A stretch of 64,000 bases of DNA from Candidatus Latescibacterota bacterium (GTDB lineage: Bacteria; Latescibacterota; UBA2968), in NCBI GenBank assembly GCA_965208125.1, contig OZ242320.1, positions 1,984,001 to 2,048,000 of the forward strand. The letters are read 5' to 3'. The notes beneath the pieces are model-generated. The model was not told where the DNA came from. It saw nothing but the letters and a program-made list of their open reading frames with translations, and did not search any database. This document shows positions 17,029 to 27,672 of this stretch, piece after piece. The first letter of the stretch is position 1. Every line of letters starts with the position of its first letter. Position numbers and translations under genes: made by a program.

Positions 17029-19665
17029 TCACTTCCATCCCGCCCGTTTTTGTACCTCGCGCCATAATGCCTTCATCTTTCCGTTTTCCTCAGCAGTGTT
17101 TACATCCCCACTTTCACTTACTTCTTCAGATGTCGCGTCCACCGCGGTTTCGACTTCTTCTTCCTCATCCTGGCTGACCTGCGCGACATCGATCACCTGA
17201 TCGCCTTCATCCGGGTTGATCAGACGCACGCCCTGCGTATTGCGCCCAATCACGCTCACGTCCGCTACTTTCTGTCGGATCAAGATGCCATTCTGTGTTA
17301 CAATCACCATGTCGTCGCGGCTATCTTCTGTTACGCCCATCACCGAGACCACGGGACCATTGCGATCTGTCGTTTTGATGTTGATCACGCCTTTACCGCC
17401 CCGGTTTGTCAGGCGATAATCCGAAATTGGCGAGCGCTTGCCATATCCATTGGCACATACGGTCAATAAATGAGACTGCTCTACATTTTCAGGTTTAACG
17501 ACGACCATGCCCACCACGACATCATCGCCTTGCAAAGACACGCCGCGCACACCCTGTGAGTTGCGTCCCATAGATCGCACTTTGTTTTCTTCAAAGTACA
17601 CAGCTTGTCCGTGCTTTGTGGCAATGATCACCCGGTCGTGACCCCCTGTAATCGCGGCTTTGATCAGTTGATCGTCTTCCCGCACATTCATCGCAATAAT
17701 GCCACCCTTGCGCGGGCGACTATAAGCAGATAGCGCGGTCTTTTTTGTCAGGCCCTTTCGGGTTATAGACAGCAGATAGCGATCTTCATCAAATTCGCGC
17801 ACCGGCACGACCTCGGCGACCTTATGCCCAAAGGGGATATCTACCACATTGACAATGGGCCGACCGCGCGCTTGACGCGTGCCCCGCGGGATTTCATGGA
17901 CTTTTAGCCACACACAGTGTCCGCGGTCTGTCAATACGAGGATATAACTGTGCGTGGAAGCCACGAATAAGCTTTCTACAAAATCTTCATCTTTTGTTCG
18001 CATTCCCGTGATTCCACGGCCGCCCCGGTTTTGTGCGCGATAGGTGGATACAGGAATGCGTTTGATGTATCCGTTGTGAGAAATGGTAATGACCATGTCT
18101 TCTTCGCGGATCAAATCTTCAATGCTAAACTCAGAGGCCGCGAACACGATTTCTGACCGCCGCTCGTCGCCGTACTTTTCGCGCATCACACCCAATTCGT
18201 CTTTGACTATTTGCATGCGCGATTCGCGGTTGTCCAGAATAGAGCGCAAGCGTTCAATCTCTTGCGTCAGGTCGGAGTATTCATCTTCTATCTTTTGTTG
18301 CTCCATGTTGGTCAATCGCTGCAATGTCATGGACAAGATGGCCTGTACCTGGCGTTCGGATAATCGGAGTGGTGCATCCGATTGGCGTAGTTCTAAAGCC
18401 GATTCGGATTGTGGTACAGACAATTCGAGTTGTGTCATCAGCGCCTGCCGCGCTTCATTGGTATCTTTTGAGCCGCGGATAATGCGGATCACTTCGTCGA
18501 TGTTGGCCTGCGCGAGTATCAATCCTTCCAGGATATGTGCGCGATCTTCTGCCACTCGCAGTTCGTATTCTGTGCGTCGCTTTACGACATCGTGGCGGTG
18601 GTCGATATAACACTGCAACATGTGCTTCAGGGTCACCTGTTGTGGCCGGCCGTTGACCAGCGCGACCATATTGGCGCCAAATGTCGTTTCCAATTGGGTG
18701 TGTTTATAGAGTTGATTTAAAATCACATCCCCGACCACATCGCGTTTGAGTTCTACGACGATGCGTAGTCCATCGCGATCGGATTCATCCTGAATATTTG
18801 AAATCCCTTCAAGGCGTTTTTCGCGTACCAGATCCGCCATTTTTTCCAATAGTGTTGTCTTGTTCACCATATAGGGGATTTCTGTGATGATAATGGTTTC
18901 TCGCCCGGTTTTGTCTTCTTCTATATCGGCTTTTGCCCGAATTTTCAGAAGTCCGCGCCCCGTCTGATAGGCGTCTAAAACGCCACTCATGCCATAAATG
19001 ATGCCGCCGGTTGGAAAGTCGGGCGCTTTGATATATTCCGTCAATTCAACAATATCCAATTCGGGATTGTCGATCAATGCGACAAGACCATCGACGACCT
19101 CCCCCAAATTGTGTGGCGGAATTGCTGTGGCCATTGTCGTGGCAATTCCCACAGCGCCGTTGCAAATCATGTTTGGAAACGCGGACGGCAAAACCTGGGG
19201 TTCTTCCAGGCGTTCGTCGTAGTTGGGGCGGTAATCAACGGTCTCTTTCTCGAGATCGTTCAACATCTCCTGCCCCGGTCCGGCCATGCGCGCTTCTGTG
19301 TAGCGCATTGCAGCGGGTGGATACCCGTCGATGGAGCCAAAATTACCCTGCCCATCTACGAGTGGATAACGCAACTTAAAATCCTGCGCCAGATGTACCA
19401 GCGTTGGATAGACAATGTCTTCTCCGTGCGGATGATAATTGCCCGAGGCATGACCGGCGATATGAGCGCATTTTCGATGCTGCCGATTTGCGCCCAGGCC
19501 GAGGTCATTCATCGCCACCAAAATGCGCCTTTGCGATGGCTTCATCCCATCGCGCACATCCGGCAATGCGCGATTGACCAGCGTGCTCATCGAATAATCG
19601 AGCATGGACTTCTTCAATTCGTCGCCAATTTCAACAGGGATCACCCGCGATCGTTCTATCATCAT
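17029..19665 (-). CDS. gyrA: DNA gyrase subunit A
   Basis: RALPDVRDG, YHPHG, AAMRYTE catalytic Tyr, GyrA box QNRGGRG. Confidence 0.98.
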   Translation of the reverse strand: MMIERSRVIPVEIGDELKKSMLDYSMSTLVNRALPDVRDGMKPSQRRILVAMNDLGLGANRQHRKCAHIAGHASGNYHPHGEDIVYPTLVHLAQDFKLRYPLVDGQGNFGSIDGYPPAAMRYTEARMAGPGQEMLNDLEKETVDYRPNYDERLEEPQVLPSAFPNMICNGAVGIATTMATAIPPHNLGEVVDGLVALIDNPELDIVELTEYIKAPDFPTGGIIYGMSGVLDAYQTGRGLLKIRAKADIEEDKTGRETIIITEIPYMVNKTTLLEKMADLVREKRLEGISNIQDESDRDGLRIVVELKRDVVGDVILNQLYKHTQLETTFGANMVALVNGRPQQVTLKHMLQCYIDHRHDVVKRRTEYELRVAEDRAHILEGLILAQANIDEVIRIIRGSKDTNEARQALMTQLELSVPQSESALELRQSDAPLRLSERQVQAILSMTLQRLTNMEQQKIEDEYSDLTQEIERLRSILDNRESRMQIVKDELGVMREKYGDERRSEIVFAASEFSIEDLIREEDMVITISHNGYIKRIPVSTYRAQNRGGRGITGMRTKDEDFVESLFVASTHSYILVLTDRGHCVWLKVHEIPRGTRQARGRPIVNVVDIPFGHKVAEVVPVREFDEDRYLLSITRKGLTKKTALSAYSRPRKGGIIAMNVREDDQLIKAAITGGHDRVIIATKHGQAVYFEENKVRSMGRNSQGVRGVSLQGDDVVVGMVVVKPENVEQSHLLTVCANGYGKRSPISDYRLTNRGGKGVINIKTTDRNGPVVSVMGVTEDSRDDMVIVTQNGILIRQKVADVSVIGRNTQGVRLINPDEGDQVIDVAQVSQDEEEEVETAVDATSEEVSESGDVNTAEENGKMKALWREVQKRAGWK

Positions 19666-19683
19666 TGTCTCATCTTCTCCTTT

Positions 19684-21648
<1,965 letters not shown>

Positions 21649-22002
21649 CTATTGTAACCTGATTGTTTTTACAACCTCACCGCCGACCTCGTGGTTCAAC
21701 TTTTGACGTATATTCTCGCGTTGAAAGATCAACCAGTGCCGCCATGTGGGGTTTTGTACTGAGACCGTTAATTGCCTCCCTCGAAAGCCTTCGACTTGCG
21801 TTACAGCAGCAATATCTTCACCCACTATCCCTTCCCACAATGACAATACGCGCTGTTCTCTCAATTTTTCCGCAAGCCCCAGGCTATCCACCACCTGTCG
21901 AATGGCATCACCTGCGGAAATCGGGTCAGATGTTGGACCAGCCCGATACCTGTAAACACCGCTCTTGCGTCTATCTGTCTCGACGTCCATAGTTTTGTTC
22001 AC
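21649..22002 (-). CDS. DUF721/DciA family protein
   Basis: Typical position between recF and gyrB; WEGIVGEDIA...LTVSV..PTW pattern. Confidence 0.8.
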   Translation of the reverse strand: MNKTMDVETDRRKSGVYRYRAGPTSDPISAGDAIRQVVDSLGLAEKLREQRVLSLWEGIVGEDIAAVTQVEGFRGRQLTVSVQNPTWRHWLIFQRENIRQKLNHEVGGEVVKTIRLQ

Positions 22003-23087
22003 AATTTCAACAGCCGAAACCCATGTGCTTCAAAATCCAAATCCGGATCGCGCGCTGAGGTGACGACCACCTGCCCAAAATTGGAAATCAGATTCAATAC
22101 TGCTTTTGCCCGTTTGGGATCGAGTTCTGAAAACACATCGTCCATCAGCAAGACAGGGCGCCACCCGGTTTGTTGCTCTAAAAATGTCGCTTCGGCCAAT
22201 TTCCAGGAGAGCAGAACGGTTTTGAGTTGGCCCTGGGACGCGAATTGATGTACAGCTTTGTCATCAAGTGTGAAAATCAAATTGTCGCGGTGTGGTCCCG
22301 TAAGTGTATATCGCAATTCGACTTCTTGTGGCAATCGGGTCGTCAGCGCTTCGAAGAGTATTTCCCTTCCCTGATCGCGCGTTTCCATGGATATGGGACT
22401 GCGATAATTCGCTTTCATTTTTTCGGGTGTGGGCGCGATGGCCCGATAGTATTCCGATAGAAGATGTTGTATGTCATTGAGTGCTTCGAGACGACGAGAT
22501 ATTATGCGAGCACCCAAATTGGACAATTGCTCATTCCACGGTTCAACTTGTTCGGGATGTGATAATAATGCTGAACGGCGGTCTTTTAACAACCGATTGC
22601 GCTGCGCCAAAACGCGCTGATACCCTTCCAGATCAGCCAAATAGGATGCGTTTGATTGCGAAACGAGAATATCTAAAATGCGGCGGCGTTGAGCCGGTTC
22701 CCGCAATACGAGATCTACATCTTCGGGAGAGAATAAAACAGCGTTGAATGCGCCAATGAGGTCCGAAAGGCGGGGAAGAGAGGTCTCTGCAACAGAGGCT
22801 TGTTTCTTGCCGACGAGGGGATCGTAGGCAATGCGAATGGGGAAGGAACGATCTTCGCGCTCTATCTGAGCGTCGATCACAAAATAGTTAGCCCCCCACC
22901 TGAGCACGTCCCGATCTCTGGCACCTCGGCCCGATTTTGCCAGTGCCAAAAAGTACAACGCTTCTAAAACATTTGATTTCCCGCGGGCATTATCTGCCCA
23001 GATTGCCGTTTTTGCCTGATCAAATGTAAATTCAGCATGCTCAAAGTTTCGAAAATTAGTGAGTTTAAGTGAGGAGACATACATCAT
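21999..23087 (-). CDS. recF: DNA replication/repair protein RecF
   Basis: NFRN, NARGKSN Walker A, GPHRD, SQGQ, LLMDDVFSELD. Confidence 0.96.
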   Translation of the reverse strand: MMYVSSLKLTNFRNFEHAEFTFDQAKTAIWADNARGKSNVLEALYFLALAKSGRGARDRDVLRWGANYFVIDAQIEREDRSFPIRIAYDPLVGKKQASVAETSLPRLSDLIGAFNAVLFSPEDVDLVLREPAQRRRILDILVSQSNASYLADLEGYQRVLAQRNRLLKDRRSALLSHPEQVEPWNEQLSNLGARIISRRLEALNDIQHLLSEYYRAIAPTPEKMKANYRSPISMETRDQGREILFEALTTRLPQEVELRYTLTGPHRDNLIFTLDDKAVHQFASQGQLKTVLLSWKLAEATFLEQQTGWRPVLLMDDVFSELDPKRAKAVLNLISNFGQVVVTSARDPDLDFEAHGFRLLKL

Positions 23088-24256
23088 TCATTGAGCCGCA
23101 AGGGCATAAGGAGACAAAGATAGTCTTCGCCTTCGAGTTGTTCACCAGGCCTGATGATTCCCGCGGCAACAGCACTGTCGAGTTCAAAGAGGATTTCGTC
23201 ACAGTTAATGCGCCGGAGCACATCTTGTAGATACCCGGAATTATATCCAATGGTCATTTCATCGGCATCGTATTCAACACCCATAGATTCGCGTGCTTCG
23301 CCTCCTATTTCCTGGCTGGTAGCTGATAATGCGAGTTCGTTCTTTTTGAGTTCGAGCCGCAATTGATGGGTCTGCGCACTTGCCAGAATGGAGACGCGCC
23401 GTACCGCAGGCAGCAATTGGCTGTTCGAAACGCGAAGACGCTTGCCGTTGTTTTGAGGGATCACCTGTTCGTAATCGACATAGGGACCTTCAATCAGTCG
23501 GGAGAAGATCTGGATGGCGTCTTCGTCGCCCAGCGAAAAGAGCACATGGCTTTGCCCGAGTTGTACTTTTTGAAGATCTGACCCTCCACCCATGAGTTTA
23601 ACCACCTGATTCAAAGCATGAGGGGGAACAATGGCCTCTCTGTTGTTATCGGGCAACCCATCCTGAATCCGCGAATATTTGACCAGGCGGTGACCATCGG
23701 TTGCCACCATGGTCATGCGTCCATTGCCAACCTGCCAGAGCACCCCCGTGAGCACCGGGCGAGTTTCATCGCGAGACACGGCAAAGATCGTTTTAGAAAT
23801 CATCTCGCTGAGGACATTGCTGTCAGCCGAAGAATCCTGATCATCCTCTTCATCGGACAGAAACCCGATCTCGGGACCGTCAATCTCCGTTGGCAGATCG
23901 GGAAAGTCGTCGGCTGGTACCGACATCAAGGCATACGTTCCTTCGGCACCACTTTGGCGCTGAAGCGTTACGCGACCTTCTTCTGCGGTGAGGGATAGGG
24001 ATTCTTCGGGCAACTCGCGCACAATTTCTGAGAATTTACGCGCTGGCACCGTTGTTGCCCCGGCGTCTTCGATGGTGGCCGAAAGTTTGCATGTTATTGA
24101 TATATCGAGATCTGTGGCACTCAAACACACATCGCTACCATTGTTTGCATCTATCAGGATGTTGGACAATACTGGCAATGCGGTTTTGGAGGGCACGATA
24201 TCAATCACAGCCTGGATACCTTTGAGGAGTTCATCTTTTTCTATTGATACTTTCAT
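23084..24256 (-). CDS. dnaN: DNA polymerase III beta clamp
   Basis: LPVLSNIL, ATDLD, VATDGHRL, RLIEGPY, LLMPLR; start placed at MKVSIEK. Confidence 0.97.
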   Translation of the reverse strand: MKVSIEKDELLKGIQAVIDIVPSKTALPVLSNILIDANNGSDVCLSATDLDISITCKLSATIEDAGATTVPARKFSEIVRELPEESLSLTAEEGRVTLQRQSGAEGTYALMSVPADDFPDLPTEIDGPEIGFLSDEEDDQDSSADSNVLSEMISKTIFAVSRDETRPVLTGVLWQVGNGRMTMVATDGHRLVKYSRIQDGLPDNNREAIVPPHALNQVVKLMGGGSDLQKVQLGQSHVLFSLGDEDAIQIFSRLIEGPYVDYEQVIPQNNGKRLRVSNSQLLPAVRRVSILASAQTHQLRLELKKNELALSATSQEIGGEARESMGVEYDADEMTIGYNSGYLQDVLRRINCDEILFELDSAVAAGIIRPGEQLEGEDYLCLLMPLRLNE

Positions 24257-24462
24257 GAATGCGTTTCTCCCGAGCGCGTTGAGCACTTTGTAAATGATTT
24301 TTTGCAGCGTGGAATAGTGTATTCTGGGGGGATGAAAAACGATAGATTTTTTACCCAATTACAAACACCATAATTTACTGAATTTTAACGATTTTGTCAA
24401 CCTTACTTTTTATTGTAGAACCCTCTGTGTCCCAAAGAATTATCAGAAAAAAAAACAGCAAC

Positions 24463-27400
24463 TTAAATGGTTAAAAATACACGTCTTTCCGTCAGCCACA
24501 AGCCCTTTGTGATGACTGTTTCACCGGTGAAATTCTCCCAGTGTTCCGCATAGGTGTTCACCTGGTCGGCTGTTTGTTCGCACAGTGCTTGTACATCTTC
24601 GTCGGTTTTCACTGCATTGGTTTTGTAATCGACGATTTTCCATCCTCTGGGCAGGCGATAGACCAGATCAATGACACCGCGAATAATTTCGCTGGTGTTG
24701 TTCTTCGCTTGCGATACGGCAAAGGGGACTTCGGTATAGACGGTTTTCGAAGTCTGTATTTCTCTCCATATCTCCGAGTTGCGAAATTGCTGCAATGCAT
24801 CCAGTGCGTTTGGTAAAAACTCGGCGTCTGCACCTGCCTCCTGTAGCAAATGTATGACATAAGGTGTGGGATCATCGGGCAATCGCATGTTGATGGCGTC
24901 GTCGAATATCTGGTGGATTACGGTGCCATACGCGGCTCCTTTTCCTGTTGCTGATCTTCCCTCGTCTGAATATGTGATGTCCGCCCGGTCATCTGTCACC
25001 TGCGCGACTTTAAACGATTCTTTTTTCACAACTTCCCAGAATTGGTCCCTTTGCTCTCGTTCCAATACTACAGACGGCATTTCGGTTGATGGGGTTTCTG
25101 GGATGGGTTGCGGTGAATGGTCGCCGTGCGCCAGTTCGGGCATATCTTTTAGATGGGGATAGAGCGGCGACCACGGCCCATGGTCGGGTTTTTCCTCGTA
25201 GGTGGATACCACGAGCAAATTTTCTGCGCGCGTTGCCGCTACGTAGAGCAATCGCAGTTCTTCGCCTTGCAAAAATCGCGTTTCTTCGGTTTCGGCATTT
25301 TCCCAACCCACAGGTTCGGCAACGACCTCGCGTTGATATGGTCCGCGGGGTTTTGTAATGGGCAATGCCAAAAAGGGTTCGTCGCTGGTTCGGGATACGT
25401 GAAATTCGGGACCATAGCGCGTGTAACTCGTGTCATAAGGGTCGGCGAGGAAGACGATTTTGCCCTGTAATCCCTTAGCCTGGTGCAGGTTCATCAATCG
25501 CACGATGTCTTCCTGTGCAGACGGGATGGTCATTTGTTCAATTTTGTAGTCTCTGTCGTCAATAAGGGCGCGCAGTTCGGTTACCACCTGCCCCCAATGC
25601 ATTCCCTGTGCGCTCCATTCGCGGATGAGAGATAATATGCGGATGAGATTGCCAGCATGTGTTTCTCCCATGGGCAGGGTGCGTACAAAAGGCAGGAGGC
25701 CGAGTTTTTCTACACAGCGCGCTATGGCAGTATCTGGCGATAGAGATTGCAACCATTCAGAAGCTTTTTTGAGATGGCCATAAGCCTGCTCGAAGGTTTG
25801 GTGTAATTCTCGATCCATTTCTTCGGGTAATTCGCGTGTCCAGTTGAAAACACCGCCTGCTTTTTTGAACGCATAGAGGGCATCATCTCCCAGGCCGACG
25901 AGGTCTCCCCGCAAATAGGCGAGTAGTGGTAGCGGATTGTCGGGCATATAAACCGTTTCCAAAAAATTTGTGAGTGTGTGCAATACGTCTGCTTCGCCAA
26001 GGCGATTGCCTCCCGTGATTTCAAAGGGTATGCCGCGTTCCTCCAGTGCCTGGGCGTAATGGGACAAATAGCCAGAGGTGCGCGTTAAGATGAGAAAGTC
26101 GCCCGGCGATGCGTTGGCGGTTTCTCCATTAATTTCCGTTTTGCTTTCTATGGCCGCTGCGATGAAGTTTGCAATTCGTCGGGCGTCTTCCTCCGCGATC
26201 TGACTTCGGCTGTTGCGATAGACTTTGTCGATTGAGATTCGGCGGACTGCATCTGTTTCATCATTGGATCTGTATTTGAATAGCGGAGCAAATTCAGCTT
26301 GATAGGGTTTTTCAGGCGCGGTGAACAGGGGTTCAAATGCCGCGTTGATCCAATCACATAGGTGACCCAGTGAGCGAAAGTTCGTGTTCAGGTTGACGAT
26401 GTCGCCATTGGTATCGCCAATGCGGTTGCGGACGAGGTCAAAGGTTTCGACGTCTGCGCGGCGAAAGCGATAGATCGACTGTTTGCCGTCACCTACTAAG
26501 AATAAGCTGCCCGGGCGGGGTGTGAGTTTGCGCCAATCGGTTTCTTGCAGGTTTTCGCCGGTTAGATACAGCAATATTTCGGCTTGAATGGGATCGGTAT
26601 CTTGAAATTCATCTACGAATAGGCAGCGATAGCGATTCTGAAAGTGGCGGCGCACTTCGGGATGGTCGCGCAGTAATCGCGCGGCGAGTTCGAGCAGGTC
26701 TTGAAATGTAAGGCGTCCGGTTTCGCGGCGGGTTCTGGCGTATTCTGCAACTGCGTCATCGACAAAGGGCGCAGCGAATCGGTAGATGTATTGCCGCCAT
26801 CTGGTGAGGGTGGGGTCGAGTGTTTCGGTTTGAAATTCGGATAATAAGGTGTCTCGCAAGTGTTTTGCAAAATCCTGGTTGGGTGTCCAGCTTTTGAGGG
26901 TGACACCGAGGTTTCCGCTGAGTATTTGCAGGAGTTCGATGCGATCCGCGTCGGACTGAATCCCCCGGTTCGACAGGAATAATCGCGCGCGCACCAATGC
27001 TGTTTGGAGGGCATCGCGTCTGCCGGGTAGTGGATCGGGGATATAGGCTTCCGTGTGTTGCAGAAAGGCTTCAAGTTCTGAAATTGCGGTCGATAAATTG
27101 GGTTTTTGGACTGGTTCGCATGCGAGGGGTACATCGCTGAACTGGTAGCGTCTTTGAAAAAATCCATACAGGTCTTCCGGGCGCAGACCCAGTTCTTCAA
27201 ATTTGACGAGTCGCGGGTCTTCGGATAGAAAACGCTGCTGGACAAATGCATCCCACGCTTCGCGGCGCATGACGGCTTCTTCGCGCTCTTCGACTTCTGA
27301 AAAATCGGGTGGTAGGCCCGCTTCAACGGGGCGTTCTCGCAATAACTGGCCGCAGAAGGAGTGTATGGTGCCAATAAAGCATTGATCTACTTTTTCGAGT

Positions 27401-27672
27401 GCGTTTTGAATGCGGTTCAGGTCCTCACCGTCTGCTTTTTGGGCGCGCGATTTTAATTCACTGAAGAATCGCCCGCGCATTTCACCCGCTGCTTTGCGCG
27501 TGAAGGTGATTGCCGATATTTGATCTACGGATACAACGCCTTTTTCCACCGCGTTCGCCATCCGCTGTACCAGCGCGTATGTCTTTCCAGCGCCAGCTCC
27601 TGCGAGCACCATCATATTGCGATCCAGTGCTTCGGCTATTTTATCGCGTGCTTGTTGATCTCGAAGGGTCAT
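24463..27672 (-). CDS. addA: AddA-like UvrD helicase/PD-(D/E)XK nuclease
   Basis: AGAGAGKT, TFTRKAA, VDEFQDT, GDGKQSIYRFR, LYVAATRA, GVIDLV..DYK; ATGA overlap with the upstream gene stop. Confidence 0.9.
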   Translation of the reverse strand: MTLRDQQARDKIAEALDRNMMVLAGAGAGKTYALVQRMANAVEKGVVSVDQISAITFTRKAAGEMRGRFFSELKSRAQKADGEDLNRIQNALEKVDQCFIGTIHSFCGQLLRERPVEAGLPPDFSEVEEREEAVMRREAWDAFVQQRFLSEDPRLVKFEELGLRPEDLYGFFQRRYQFSDVPLACEPVQKPNLSTAISELEAFLQHTEAYIPDPLPGRRDALQTALVRARLFLSNRGIQSDADRIELLQILSGNLGVTLKSWTPNQDFAKHLRDTLLSEFQTETLDPTLTRWRQYIYRFAAPFVDDAVAEYARTRRETGRLTFQDLLELAARLLRDHPEVRRHFQNRYRCLFVDEFQDTDPIQAEILLYLTGENLQETDWRKLTPRPGSLFLVGDGKQSIYRFRRADVETFDLVRNRIGDTNGDIVNLNTNFRSLGHLCDWINAAFEPLFTAPEKPYQAEFAPLFKYRSNDETDAVRRISIDKVYRNSRSQIAEEDARRIANFIAAAIESKTEINGETANASPGDFLILTRTSGYLSHYAQALEERGIPFEITGGNRLGEADVLHTLTNFLETVYMPDNPLPLLAYLRGDLVGLGDDALYAFKKAGGVFNWTRELPEEMDRELHQTFEQAYGHLKKASEWLQSLSPDTAIARCVEKLGLLPFVRTLPMGETHAGNLIRILSLIREWSAQGMHWGQVVTELRALIDDRDYKIEQMTIPSAQEDIVRLMNLHQAKGLQGKIVFLADPYDTSYTRYGPEFHVSRTSDEPFLALPITKPRGPYQREVVAEPVGWENAETEETRFLQGEELRLLYVAATRAENLLVVSTYEEKPDHGPWSPLYPHLKDMPELAHGDHSPQPIPETPSTEMPSVVLEREQRDQFWEVVKKESFKVAQVTDDRADITYSDEGRSATGKGAAYGTVIHQIFDDAINMRLPDDPTPYVIHLLQEAGADAEFLPNALDALQQFRNSEIWREIQTSKTVYTEVPFAVSQAKNNTSEIIRGVIDLVYRLPRGWKIVDYKTNAVKTDEDVQALCEQTADQVNTYAEHWENFTGETVITKGLWLTERRVFLTI

